Of a stretch of DNA of 64,000 nt, positions 40,304 through 49,985 are shown piece by piece. Numbering within the stretch: position 1 is the stretch's first letter; every line of letters begins with the position of its first letter. The stretch is taken from assembly GCA_050012475.1 (NCBI GenBank), contig JBEKHC010000001.1, positions 96,001 to 160,000 on the forward strand, in the 5' to 3' direction. The notes under the pieces were generated by a model. The model was not told the DNA's origin. It ran no database searches and saw only the letters and a program-made list of their open reading frames with translations. The position numbers and the translations under genes are program-made. This DNA is from Candidatus Velthaea sp. Lineage in GTDB: Bacteria; Vulcanimicrobiota; Vulcanimicrobiia; Vulcanimicrobiales; Vulcanimicrobiaceae.

Positions 40304-40954
40304 TTGCCCCTGGGTACCTATGCGCGAATGAAGCGCAGCGGATCGGCCCCGGCATTCGTCCGGCCGGCGATTCTCGAAGGAATTCTCATGCTGACGGGCG
40401 CGGTGGTCGCCGTCGTGACGATCCTCGCGGGCCACAGCATCCATTGCACGGCGCTCGTCGAGTTCGGCATGCTCAGCGCCATCGCTGCGGCCTCGGCCGG
40501 CGCCCTCTTCGCGCGCTACGTGGTCGAAGTCTGCGGGATCGTCGCCGACTACCGCGCCCTCGAATGCTGGGGCGTGCGCATCAGCGCCGCCGGATACGGC
40601 GTGCTCGGATTGTACGCCGCCGCGAACGGGCTGCTCGACATTGCCGTGCCGCGCCGCGATGCCGACTGGGTCTCCTATCCGGGATTGGTCATGGCCATCG
40701 TCGCGACCCTGGTGTCGCTGGTGGTGCTGCAATCGAAATTCCGCATTCTCGAGCAGCTGCCTAGCCGCTCGCTGCTCGAGAGCTTGTCGGACGACGGCGT
40801 GTATCTCAGCCTAGGCGTCGTCACGCTCGTGGCGCTGATCGGACACATTTTCGTACCGGCGTGGTGGCTGGACACCGTACTTGACGGCATCTTCATCGCG
40901 CTCGTCGTCGTGAAGATGCAGACCATCCGTCATCGGGCGCTGCTGCTCGACTGA
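40304..40954 (+). CDS. Multi-pass membrane protein, possibly cation-efflux/TMEM163-like
   Basis: About six hydrophobic segments, WWLD near the C-terminus; start uncertain. Confidence 0.55.
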   Translation: MPLGTYARMKRSGSAPAFVRPAILEGILMLTGAVVAVVTILAGHSIHCTALVEFGMLSAIAAASAGALFARYVVEVCGIVADYRALECWGVRISAAGYGVLGLYAAANGLLDIAVPRRDADWVSYPGLVMAIVATLVSLVVLQSKFRILEQLPSRSLLESLSDDGVYLSLGVVTLVALIGHIFVPAWWLDTVLDGIFIALVVVKMQTIRHRALLLD

Positions 40955-41116
40955 CGCTCGGCGCCGCCGCGCCGGCGCCCGCCGCCGCCGGCCGATCGGG
41001 TCCCGGCACGCGCCGCTCGTCGGCCCGGCGGGCGCCTCGTGCAGGAGGCTGCCGGCACTTTCGCGCGGGCGACGACCACAAAAGTGCAAGAAACGGCACC
41101 TTCTCTGCGATAGTCT

Positions 41117-42274
41117 ATGCTCCATATGGTCACGGACGCAGCTTTACTTGCCATCGAGCACAAAGTCGACGAGGGCATTCCGCTCTCTCGCGAAGACGGT
41201 CTCACCCTCTTCCGAACGCCCGATCTGCACTCGTTGGGCCGTTTGGCCAAAACGGCGAAGGAACGCAAGAGCGGCAAGAACGTCTACTACGTTCTCAATC
41301 GCTACATCAACTCGACCAACGTCTGCTACGCGAATTGCCGGTTCTGTTCGTTTGCGAAAGCGGAAAAGGACGCCGAGGCGGTGCGGATGTCGGCCGACGA
41401 GGTCGTCGCCAAAGCGCTCGAGACCGGATCGAATTTCAATCAGCTCCACATCGTTGGCGGTCACGATCCGCGCCAGCTGTCACTCGATTACTGGCTGCCC
41501 GTGATGCGGCGCTTCAAACAGATGCTGCCGCACGTGCAGCTTTCTTTCTTCACTTCGGCCGAGATCGATTACATGGCGCGCCGTCATCGGTTGACGTACA
41601 CGCAGATCTTGGAGCAACTGCGCGACGCCGGGCTCGACAACATCAACGGCGGCGGGGCCGAGATCTTCGCACCGCGCTTCCGGGCTGCCGTCTGCCCCAA
41701 CAAAGTCGATGCGGCGCACTGGCTGGACGTTCACGAGGTCGCCCATCGCTTGGGCATCGCCTCGAACGCGACGATGCTCTACGGTACGCTCGAAACACTC
41801 GAAGAGCGAGTCGAGCACTTGATCATGCTGCGCGAATCGCAGCAGCGTTCGCCCGGGTTCAATGCGTTCATTCCGCTCGCGTTTCATCCCGACGGCAACG
41901 AGCTCAGCCATTACGGCTGGACCAGCGGCTTGGATGACATCCGGATGTTTGCCGTCTCGCGCCTGATGCTCAACAATTTCGACCACATCAAAGCGTATTG
42001 GATGATTCAGGGCCTCAAGGTGTGTCAGCTCGCGCTCGAATACGGCGCCGACGACATGGACGGAACGCATGGCTCGACTGACGAGGAACGCATCTACCAC
42101 AGCGCGGGGACGCAGTCCGGGCAGTACGTCGACGACCGCGAGTTCCGGCGCTTGATCGAAGAAGCCGGGTACGTCGCGGTCCGCCGGAATTCGACCTACG
42201 AAACCTTCCCCTTCGATTGGCAACCCGCCGGGCGCGAGCTGACGGCGGCCGGCGCCGCCGGGGCGCCGGTTTGA
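41117..42274 (+). CDS. mqnE: Aminofutalosine synthase (radical SAM, CofH/MqnE family)
   Basis: CYANCRFC, GGGAEIF, HIKAYW; clustered with mqnA and mqnC. Confidence 0.85.
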   Translation: MLHMVTDAALLAIEHKVDEGIPLSREDGLTLFRTPDLHSLGRLAKTAKERKSGKNVYYVLNRYINSTNVCYANCRFCSFAKAEKDAEAVRMSADEVVAKALETGSNFNQLHIVGGHDPRQLSLDYWLPVMRRFKQMLPHVQLSFFTSAEIDYMARRHRLTYTQILEQLRDAGLDNINGGGAEIFAPRFRAAVCPNKVDAAHWLDVHEVAHRLGIASNATMLYGTLETLEERVEHLIMLRESQQRSPGFNAFIPLAFHPDGNELSHYGWTSGLDDIRMFAVSRLMLNNFDHIKAYWMIQGLKVCQLALEYGADDMDGTHGSTDEERIYHSAGTQSGQYVDDREFRRLIEEAGYVAVRRNSTYETFPFDWQPAGRELTAAGAAGAPV

Positions 42275-43107
42275 GTTCACTGCGTGCCGGGCGAATCGTC
42301 TACACCAACGATGTTCCGATCTACGCCGCCTTCGATCGCGGCGCGGTAACCTTCCCGGGATCGCTGCTCGAAGCGGTGCCGGCCGATCTCAATGCGATGC
42401 TGCTCGACGGCCGGCTCGACGTCAGCCCGATCAGCGCGTTCGCTTATTTGGCGAACGCGGACCGGCTCGCGCTGCTCGGGCGTCTGTGCATCGGCTCGCG
42501 CAGCGACGTTTGGTCGGTCGTGCTCGTGAGCGCCGAGCCGCCCGGGGCGCTCGACGGTGCGCGCATCGCGGTCACCAAAGAATCGGCGAGCGGCCGGAAT
42601 CTGTTGCGCATTCTGCTCGAGCGGCGTTTTGGCGTGCGGGCCGAGTTCGTCGAAGTCGACGATCCGCTCGAACGCGCCGTTGCCGGTCAGCCGGCGTTTC
42701 TCATCGGCGATCGCGCGATCGACGCGCAGCTTGCCTTCGCGCCCGGTCTGGTGCACGATTTGGGTTCGCTGTGGCACGAGTGGACCGGGCTCGACATGGT
42801 CTACGCCGTTTGGGCCGCGCGGCGCGATGTGGTTCGCGCCAATCCCGCCGGCGTCCGGGCGGCGCTCGAAGCGCTGGTCACCGCGCGCACCTGGGGCTAT
42901 GCAAATCCCCAAGACGTGATCGCTGCGGCGCAGACGCACGTTTCACGTCCCGCCGGCTTCTATGCAGCGTATTTCGCAACGCTGAACTTCGAGCTCGACG
43001 AACGCGCGCTCGTCGGCCTGCGCCGCTTTGCCGACGAGTTGGCTGCGATCGGCGCGATCGCGCCGCATCCGTCCGTCACCCCGGAGGTGGACCTTGTCGC
43101 TCGCTGA
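42271..43107 (+). CDS. mqnA: Chorismate dehydratase
   Basis: GRIVYTN, IGDRA, DLGSLWHEWTGL.MVYAVW; TTG overlaps the mqnE stop. Confidence 0.88.
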   Translation: MSSLRAGRIVYTNDVPIYAAFDRGAVTFPGSLLEAVPADLNAMLLDGRLDVSPISAFAYLANADRLALLGRLCIGSRSDVWSVVLVSAEPPGALDGARIAVTKESASGRNLLRILLERRFGVRAEFVEVDDPLERAVAGQPAFLIGDRAIDAQLAFAPGLVHDLGSLWHEWTGLDMVYAVWAARRDVVRANPAGVRAALEALVTARTWGYANPQDVIAAAQTHVSRPAGFYAAYFATLNFELDERALVGLRRFADELAAIGAIAPHPSVTPEVDLVAR

Positions 43108-44176
43108 CCTCATCGATCGCGCGGCGGGCGGCGGGCGACTGTCGCTCGCCGAAGGCGTGCGGCTGTATCAAGAGGCGCCGTTGCACGAGCTGGGCGCAGC
43201 CGCCCACGCGCGGCGCATGCAGCTCTATCCGACGACCGACGTCACCTACGTGATCGACACGACGATCAACTACACGAACATCTGCAACGTGCACTGCACG
43301 TTCTGCGCGTTCTTTCGGCCCGAGAAACACGGCGAAGGCTACACCATGTCGCACGACAAGGTGCTCGAGCGCGTGAAGTTCGCCGCCGATGCGGGCGCCA
43401 CCCAGATCATGATTCAGGGCGGCGTCAATCCGGAGCTGCGCATCGGTTGGTTCGAGCAGCTGTTCGCGCGCGTGCGCGCCGAGTTTCCGCAGGTCGATAT
43501 CCATTCACTCTCGGTTTCCGAGGTCACCGGCCTCGCCGCCATCGAAGGACTCACGCCGCGCGAAGTGCTCGTTCGGCTGCAGGCGGCAGGCTTGAAATCA
43601 TTGCCCGGCGCCGGCGCTGAGATCCTCGTCGAGCGCGTGCGCAAACGGATCAGCGCGCGCAAAGTGAAACCCGATCAGTGGCTGGGTGTGATGCGCGACG
43701 CGCAGCAGCTGGGAATGCCGACGACGGCGACGATGATGTTCGGCTCGATCGAAACCGAAGCCGAACGCATCGAGCACATGTCGGTCTTGCGCGATCTGCA
43801 GGACGAAACGGGCGGTTTCACGGCGTTCATCCCCTGGTACTACATCCCGTTCAAAACGCCGCTGCGCGGACGGGAGGCGAGCGCGCTCTCGTACATGCGC
43901 GTCCTGGCGATGTCGCGGCTGTTCCTCGACAACGTGCCGCATCTGCAAGCGTCGTGGCTCACGCCCGGGCTCAAACTCGGTCAGCTCGCACTGTTTTACG
44001 GCTGCGACGACATGGGCGGCACGATCCTCGAAGAGCGCGTGGTGCATGACGCCGGCGCGACGAACGAGGCGACCCGCGCCCAACTCGAACGGTTGGTGAT
44101 CGATGCCGGATTCCGCCCGGTCATCCGCGATACGTACTGGAATCTGCGCCCCGACATGAGCCTGGCAACGGCCTGA
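43094..44176 (+). CDS. mqnC: Cyclic dehypoxanthine futalosine synthase
   Basis: INYTNICNVHCTFCAF, PGAGAEIL, TATMMFG; GGAGG RBS before TTG. Confidence 0.88.
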   Translation: MSLADLIDRAAGGGRLSLAEGVRLYQEAPLHELGAAAHARRMQLYPTTDVTYVIDTTINYTNICNVHCTFCAFFRPEKHGEGYTMSHDKVLERVKFAADAGATQIMIQGGVNPELRIGWFEQLFARVRAEFPQVDIHSLSVSEVTGLAAIEGLTPREVLVRLQAAGLKSLPGAGAEILVERVRKRISARKVKPDQWLGVMRDAQQLGMPTTATMMFGSIETEAERIEHMSVLRDLQDETGGFTAFIPWYYIPFKTPLRGREASALSYMRVLAMSRLFLDNVPHLQASWLTPGLKLGQLALFYGCDDMGGTILEERVVHDAGATNEATRAQLERLVIDAGFRPVIRDTYWNLRPDMSLATA

Positions 44177-44179
44177 TCC

Positions 44180-44452
44180 GGAGCCCAGCAGCGCCGTTTC
44201 CTTCAACACTGAGGCGCGAAGCGAACAAAGCCCAGCGCGTGGCCTGTTGAAAAGATGCGATTGAGTCGGCCCTCGCAAGGGGCCCAGCAGCGTCGCTTAC
44301 TTCAACACTGAGGCGCGAAGCGACGAAACCCAGCGCGCCGCGTGATGAAAGATGCGTTGAGTTGGTCCTGGCGAGGAGCCTAGCGGCGAAGTTTGCTTCA
44401 GCAAATGAGCCGCGTAGCGACGAAGTCCAGGGCCAACTCAACGCATCTTTCA
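44180..44452. repeat. About 99-bp tandem repeat (2.5 copies) with an inverted partial copy
   Basis: CCCAGCAGCG..CTTCAACACTGAGGCGCGAAGCGA..AAAGATGCG.TTGAGT repeated; 44346-44368 complements 44430-44452. Confidence 0.8.
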
Positions 44453-44923
44453 GGTGAGGTTGATGTGGTAGGTGGTCAGCTCGGTGCGGGTTGCGATCCG
44501 ATCGTAAATCGCGCGCAGTTCGGGCTCGTTGTCGCTGACCCAGTTGACTTCGCTCCAGCCGCGTTTGCGTGACGTGTTGCAGACATATTCGACGAGCCGC
44601 TCGGTTAGGTCGGACTCACGGTGCGAGTGAGCGACGTACAGATCGTCGAGCCAACAGGCTTCGGTCCCGTTGAGCGTGTTGGGATATGGGCGAAAGTGCG
44701 CGAAGCCGACGATCTCTTTGCGGCTATCAATCGCGATGACGCCCGCGACGCGATACGTTCCGTCGAGCAACCAGCGCCAGAGCATGCCGCCGATGCGACG
44801 GTCGGGACGTACACCGCGCTCGGCCGCGTAACGCTCGTAGAGCGAAAACCACGCATCGAACATTCCGGCGTGGGGGCCAACCAGGGACGTGGCCGTTGAA
44901 CTGTTGGTCGACGTTTCCGGCAT
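44450..44923 (-). CDS. GNAT-family N-acetyltransferase
   Basis: IVGFAHF, CWLDDLYVAHSHR, IYDRIA. Confidence 0.82.
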   Translation of the reverse strand: MPETSTNSSTATSLVGPHAGMFDAWFSLYERYAAERGVRPDRRIGGMLWRWLLDGTYRVAGVIAIDSRKEIVGFAHFRPYPNTLNGTEACWLDDLYVAHSHRESDLTERLVEYVCNTSRKRGWSEVNWVSDNEPELRAIYDRIATRTELTTYHINLT

Positions 44924-45032
44924 GGTGCGCCTTGCATTCGCATATCTCGGCGCCGTCACATGCCGGCAATCGCGGCATCATCGCAAAGGCTTACGCTGCG
45001 GACACACTTTTCACCCGATCGTGGAGATTTTC

Positions 45033-45461
45033 GTGCCGAGCAACGTTTCATCAGTCATCGGCGCCGCGCCGAACGCAGCGCAAACGCTGCGAAAAACAAA
45101 CCCTGCCGCACCGGTGAGCAGCGGCAGTCCGCCGGATCGTGTTGCGCTCCAAAGCAAGCCGATGCCGGCATTGCTCATCGGCGCTGCGGCGGCGGCGCAA
45201 CTCGTGCCCGGCGTCGTCGAGGCCGAAGGCGCAACGGGTGCCGCCTCCGCAATCGGTGTCGCCGTTCGCGCCGCAACCGCGAACCCTGCGGCAAGAACGC
45301 TCATTGCGGCAGGCGCCGGTGCCGCCGGGAGCTACGCAAAGTCGCTGCTGCACGACGCAACCGCAGGTCAGCCAGCCTTCAAGGCGCTGGCGAACGCCGG
45401 GCACGCGATCGATGCATCGATTCGCACGGGTCTGGGCATCGCGTCCAGCGATCAACGCTGA
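45033..45461 (+). CDS. Small Ala/Gly-rich toxin-like protein
   Basis: GGAG RBS before GTG; disordered N-terminus followed by hydrophobic Ala/Gly helices. Confidence 0.6.
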   Translation: MPSNVSSVIGAAPNAAQTLRKTNPAAPVSSGSPPDRVALQSKPMPALLIGAAAAAQLVPGVVEAEGATGAASAIGVAVRAATANPAARTLIAAGAGAAGSYAKSLLHDATAGQPAFKALANAGHAIDASIRTGLGIASSDQR

Positions 45462-45790
45462 TGCGCGGCGTCCTTCATTCGTGGTGGTTTCGGCAAGGCG
45501 TCATCGTCGCCGTCGCCGAGGTGCTCGGATATCTGCTCGCGATCGAATTGCGCGACCGGTATCCGCAAGAGCTGTGTTTTCTGGCCGTATTCTGCCTCAT
45601 GACCGCGCTCGACGAATATCGGGTCCGGCGCAGATTCGGGCGCATGCCCAGCGCCGGACGCGTTGAAAAGCCGCCATTGCGTGATGTGACGGACGGTCCG
45701 AAGCGAGCCGATTCGCCGCGGCCGGAGCGGTCCGCGGCCAACGGCGGCGAGTCGAACCTCGTGCTGCTCAGGCGCCCGCCCGGCGCCTGA
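45461..45790 (+). CDS. Small two-TM protein (immunity-like)
   Basis: TGATG coupling to the upstream gene; two TM helices and a basic tail. Confidence 0.6.
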   Translation: MRGVLHSWWFRQGVIVAVAEVLGYLLAIELRDRYPQELCFLAVFCLMTALDEYRVRRRFGRMPSAGRVEKPPLRDVTDGPKRADSPRPERSAANGGESNLVLLRRPPGA

Positions 45791-45992
45791 TCGAGCGCAG
45801 CACGTTTTCGAGGTAACCGATATATTCTTGCGCGTGGGTGAAGCGCCACATTTGCAGCAGCTTGGGGTCAACGTCGTGGGCGTTGGCCCACGCCGTTTCA
45901 TCGCCGCTCATCGCCGCTTGAAAAAGCACGGCGATGATTTGTTCCGTGCTCGGTTCGTCGTCGCCGGCGCCGGGCGTCGTGCGATCGCTCAT
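45768..45992 (-). CDS. Small hypothetical protein
   Basis: 74-aa ORF; ATG overlaps the mnmA stop. Confidence 0.55.
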   Translation of the reverse strand: MSDRTTPGAGDDEPSTEQIIAVLFQAAMSGDETAWANAHDVDPKLLQMWRFTHAQEYIGYLENVLRSIRRRAGA

Positions 45993-47074
45993 CGGGCGTG
46001 CCGGATCGTCGCGGCGCCCAGCACTTCATCTGAATCCGGATCGAACAGGGCGACCAGCTGCCCCGGGGTTACCGCGTGTTGCCGCTGCTCGAACGTCAGC
46101 TCGAGCGTCCCGTCGCCCGCGATGCTCGCGTGCGCCGTAAACGGTTGCGAACGATAGCGGGTCATCGCGCGAACCCGTGCCGAAGCGCCGGCAAAGCGTT
46201 CGGGACGAATGAGATTGACTTCATCGGCGATGAGGGCGTCGGCCCCCAACTCGTCGGAGCTGCCGATGACGATCGTGTTCGTAGCCGCATCGATGTGCGT
46301 CACGTAGCGTGGTCCGTTGCCGCCGGGCGGCAGGCCGCGCCGCTGCCCGACGGTGAAATTCATGACTCCGGCATGCGCGCCGACGCGCTCGCCGTCGGTC
46401 GTGCGAATCTCGCCGCCGCTCGCCGCGTGCGGCGCAATGCGCGCCAAGACGTCGCGGTAGTCGCCGCCTTCGACGAAGCAGATGTCCTGCGACTCGGTCT
46501 TGCTGGCCACCGGCAGTCCGAGCCGCTCGGCGTGCGCGCGCGTTGCCGGCTTGTCGAGGTCACCGAGCGGCAGTAGAAGCGTTGCGAGCTGGCGGGGCGC
46601 GAGCTGGGCGAGGGTGTACGCTTGATCCTTGGCGTGCGCGCTGCGGAACAGATGCGGGCCGTCGGCGCGCTGTTCGACACGCGCGTAATGGCCGGTTGCG
46701 ACGAAACTTGCGCCCAGCCGTTCGGCGTAGCGCTGCAGCGTGCCGAGCTTAACGAAATTATTACAGCTGATGCACGGGTTGGGAGTGCGGCCGCTTGCAT
46801 AGTCGCGCGCGAAGCGCTCGATCACGTTTGCCCGAAACGTTTCCTCGAAATCGAGCACGTAGTGCGGTATGCCCAGCGCCGCTGCGCTGCGCCGGGCGTC
46901 GTCGAAATCGTCGGCGCCGCAGCACGATTTGGCGTGAGCGGCCTTGGTCGGAGCGTACATTTTCATCGTTACCCCAACCACGTCGTAGCCCGCTTCGGCC
47001 AGCAGCCCGGCGGCGACGGCCGAATCGACGCCGCCGCTCATTGCCGCGACAACGCGAAATCTTTGCGCAGTCAT
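45989..47074 (-). CDS. mnmA: tRNA 2-thiouridylase MnmA
   Basis: [40 protein letters not shown]. Confidence 0.96.
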   Translation of the reverse strand: MTAQRFRVVAAMSGGVDSAVAAGLLAEAGYDVVGVTMKMYAPTKAAHAKSCCGADDFDDARRSAAALGIPHYVLDFEETFRANVIERFARDYASGRTPNPCISCNNFVKLGTLQRYAERLGASFVATGHYARVEQRADGPHLFRSAHAKDQAYTLAQLAPRQLATLLLPLGDLDKPATRAHAERLGLPVASKTESQDICFVEGGDYRDVLARIAPHAASGGEIRTTDGERVGAHAGVMNFTVGQRRGLPPGGNGPRYVTHIDAATNTIVIGSSDELGADALIADEVNLIRPERFAGASARVRAMTRYRSQPFTAHASIAGDGTLELTFEQRQHAVTPGQLVALFDPDSDEVLGAATIRHAR

Positions 47075-47132
47075 ATCACGTGCGTAAACTCCGGGAAGGG
47101 GAGAACCGGATGCAGCCGCCAACGGTTGTGGT

Positions 47133-47900
47133 ATGTCTGCGCTCGGAGACACCTTCCGTACCGCGCGGGAGTCGCAAGGTTTGATGCTGTCGGACGTGGC
47201 CGAACGCACCCACATCCGCTCGGTGTATCTTGAAGCGATCGAAGCGGAAGATTGGGAAGCGGTCGGGCCACCGGTGTACGTTCGCGGCTTCATCCGGACG
47301 TATGCTCGCTTCCTCGGACTCGATGGGGAGGCGGCAGCAGCCGCCTATGCGACGACGGTCCCGGGCGGGGCTCCGGCTTCATTCGCCCACGCGATCCCGC
47401 GCGCCGAGCCGTTGCTGGGCGACCGGGCCGGCGCGAGGAAACGCGGTCTGTCGATCGGGGCCGTTGCCGCCGTGCTCGTCGCGTTCGCGCTGGTGCTCTT
47501 CGTTGGTTTTCAATACGTCGACTTCCAGCGCGGCCAAACCGTGCCGGCCGGTGGCGTGAAGCCCGCGCCGGCGCGTCACAAAGCGCAACCCGAGCGGGCG
47601 GAGCGGGAGTTTCCGGCTTCGAGCCAGACCGCCGTTGCCGAAAACCGGCCGGCCAAGAGCGCGCCGGCGGCGCGCGGTTTCGCGGTTGCTCTGCGCGACA
47701 GCTCTTGGCTGCGCGTCGTCGTCGACGGTAAGCTCGAGATGGAAGGCGTGTACCCCAAAGGGACACAGCGGACGTTTGCCGGGCGCTCCGCGACGGTCCG
47801 GGTGGGAAACGCCGGCGGGGTCGACATCTCCGTGGACGGCAAGGACCTCGGCCCGATGGGCGGCTTGGGCGACGTCGCCGAACGCTCGTATCAGCGCTAG
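47133..47900 (+). CDS. rodZ: RodZ-like HTH/TM/DUF4115 protein
   Basis: [16 protein letters not shown], one TM, VGNAGGV. Confidence 0.85.
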   Translation: MSALGDTFRTARESQGLMLSDVAERTHIRSVYLEAIEAEDWEAVGPPVYVRGFIRTYARFLGLDGEAAAAAYATTVPGGAPASFAHAIPRAEPLLGDRAGARKRGLSIGAVAAVLVAFALVLFVGFQYVDFQRGQTVPAGGVKPAPARHKAQPERAEREFPASSQTAVAENRPAKSAPAARGFAVALRDSSWLRVVVDGKLEMEGVYPKGTQRTFAGRSATVRVGNAGGVDISVDGKDLGPMGGLGDVAERSYQR

Positions 47901-48010
47901 AATTCGGCTTTGGCGCCGGATCGAGCGGCGGGTCACCTTTGCGGCGGCGCAGCCGGACCGCTTGACGCGGGCATAGGACGAACGCAACGCATCCGACGAA
48001 GTCCGCTGAC

Positions 48011-48502
48011 GTGGCCAGCGATAATTCGTTCGATGTCGTCTCCAAAGTCGACGCTCAAGAACTCGAGAATGCGCTCAACCAGGCGCGCAAAGAGATCGCC
48101 GGACGTTTCGATTTCAAAAACTCGGTCGCCGCGATCGAAAATACCGACAAAGAGATCACGCTGCTCGCCGACGACGAACTCAAGCTCAAGAACGTGATCG
48201 ACATCCTGCAATCGAAAGCGATCAAACGCGGAATCGATATCAAAGCCTTCGATTACCAGAAAGCGGAGCCGGCAACGCACGGCGCCCTGCGTCAAAAGAT
48301 CGTGCTGCGCTCGGGGATCCCCAAAGACAAGAGCAAACCCCTCATCGAAGCGATCAAGAACTCGAAGCTCAAGGTCAACGCGCAGTATCAAGACGAGCAG
48401 ATCCGCATCAGCAGCAAGTCCAAAGACGACCTGCAGAAGGTTCAAGCGTTGCTCAAAGCGATGGACTACGAACTCCCGCTGCAGTTCACGAACTACCGCT
48501 AG
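48011..48502 (+). CDS. yajQ: YajQ-family nucleotide (c-di-GMP)-binding protein
   Basis: SFDVVSKVD, RFDFKNS, PLQFTNYR. Confidence 0.95.
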   Translation: MASDNSFDVVSKVDAQELENALNQARKEIAGRFDFKNSVAAIENTDKEITLLADDELKLKNVIDILQSKAIKRGIDIKAFDYQKAEPATHGALRQKIVLRSGIPKDKSKPLIEAIKNSKLKVNAQYQDEQIRISSKSKDDLQKVQALLKAMDYELPLQFTNYR

Positions 48503-48563
48503 TGGATTCGCCTCGGCTTCGCTCGACGAATCCATCGCGTTTGCGGCTTCGCCGCAAGCCGCC
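48503..48563. repeat. REP-like palindromic element (single copy)
   Basis: TGGATTCGCCTCGGCTTCGCTCGACGAATCCA plus a second hairpin; matches copies at 59114-59278. Confidence 0.75.
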
Positions 48564-49985
48564 GTGGTCGCACATCGGGCAAAGCCCGACGCGCTACTAG
48601 TGCAAGCGCCGGCGCGCGGGCGCGTTGCTTTCGTTTCGCTCGGCTGTGCGAAGAATCTGGTCGATTCCGAGGTCATGATCGGCAAGCTCGGCGCTGCGGG
48701 CTGGGAGCTGGTTCCCGATGCGGCGGCGGCGGACACCGTCGTCATCAACACCTGCGCCTTCATCGATCCGGCGAAGGCGGAGTCGACCGACGTGATTCTC
48801 GAGCATGCCGCCAACAAGACACCCGGTCAGCAATTGATCGTTGCCGGCTGTCTGTCGCAGCGTTTCGGCGAGCAGCTCCAAGCGCTCATTCCCGAGATCG
48901 ACGGCGTCGTCGGCACCGGTGCGTATGCCGGTATCGTCGAGTTGCTCGCCGACGCGCGCGCCGGCCGGCATCCGGTGCGCTTGCAGTTCGATGCCGAGCC
49001 CGAGCACGATTTTCTGCCCCGGCTGATCACCACGCCGTCGGCGACCGCGTATCTCAAAGTGGCCGAGGGCTGCGATCATCCGTGCACGTTCTGCATCATT
49101 CCGGCGCTGCGCGGTCCGTTTCGCTCGCGCAGCGAGGAGTCGGTGCTCAAAGAAGCGCGCGCGCTGGCGGCGGGCGGGACCAAAGAGCTGATCCTCATCG
49201 CGCAAGACACGTCGATGTACGGCCGCGACCGCGGCGCGCGCCGCGGGGGACTGGCCCGGCTGCTGCACGGCTTGCACGCGATCGACGGGCTGGAATGGCT
49301 TCGCTTACTGTATTTGTACCCCGCGACCGTCGACGACGAATTGATCGACGCCATGGCTTCGCTACCCAAGGTCTGCAAGTACATGGATATGCCCTTGCAG
49401 CACACGCACCCCGATGTGCTGCGCGCGATGCTGCGGCCGGGCAACGGCGAGCGCTACTTGGAGATCATCGACGAATTTCGACGCCGCATCCCGGGGATCA
49501 CGATGCGCTCGACGTTCATCGTGGGTTTTCCGGGCGAGACCGCCGAGCACGTGGCGTATCTCGAAGACTGGATCGCGCGCGCTCAACTCGACCGCGTCGG
49601 CTTCTTCACTTATTCGCGCGAGGAGGGGACGCCGGGGGCGGATTTGCCGGGTCAGATCGCGCAGCGTGAGAAACGCAAACGGCTCGTGCGGCTGCGCGAA
49701 GCGCAGCGGATTGCCTCGGAGCGCGCGCACGCCGCGCGCGTCGGTCAGACCGTGCGCGTCCTGGTCGAAGAGCGCCGCACGCTGCGCCGGACCGCGCCGC
49801 CGGCGGTCGCGCTGGCGGCAACGGAGCTGTGCGCCGGCCGTTCGCAGGCCGAAGCGCCGGGAGTCGACGGCGCGATTTATTTTCGCGCCGACCTGCCGCT
49901 GGGCTCATTCGCCGACGTGCGGCTCGACGGCTGCGGCGCTTTCGACTTCTACGGAACGGCGGTGCCGGCGGTGGTTCCGGTTTGA
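48564..49985 (+). CDS. rimO: Ribosomal protein S12 methylthiotransferase RimO
   Basis: SLGCAKNLVDSE, NTCAFI, EGCDHPCTFC, TRAM domain; start may be 48600. Confidence 0.93.
   Translation: MVAHRAKPDALLVQAPARGRVAFVSLGCAKNLVDSEVMIGKLGAAGWELVPDAAAADTVVINTCAFIDPAKAESTDVILEHAANKTPGQQLIVAGCLSQRFGEQLQALIPEIDGVVGTGAYAGIVELLADARAGRHPVRLQFDAEPEHDFLPRLITTPSATAYLKVAEGCDHPCTFCIIPALRGPFRSRSEESVLKEARALAAGGTKELILIAQDTSMYGRDRGARRGGLARLLHGLHAIDGLEWLRLLYLYPATVDDELIDAMASLPKVCKYMDMPLQHTHPDVLRAMLRPGNGERYLEIIDEFRRRIPGITMRSTFIVGFPGETAEHVAYLEDWIARAQLDRVGFFTYSREEGTPGADLPGQIAQREKRKRLVRLREAQRIASERAHAARVGQTVRVLVEERRTLRRTAPPAVALAATELCAGRSQAEAPGVDGAIYFRADLPLGSFADVRLDGCGAFDFYGTAVPAVVPV

Noticed and set aside
40955..41116. Riboswitch upstream of mqnE
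   Set aside because: GC-rich with a short GCACTTT/AAAGTGC stem but no recognisable aptamer
41117..44176. Paired radical SAM genes as a novel RiPP or F420 (cofH) cluster
   Set aside because: The intervening mqnA and the motifs identify the known futalosine menaquinone pathway
44180..44452. CRISPR or tRNA array
   Set aside because: Similarity covers the whole unit; no spacers and no cloverleaf motifs
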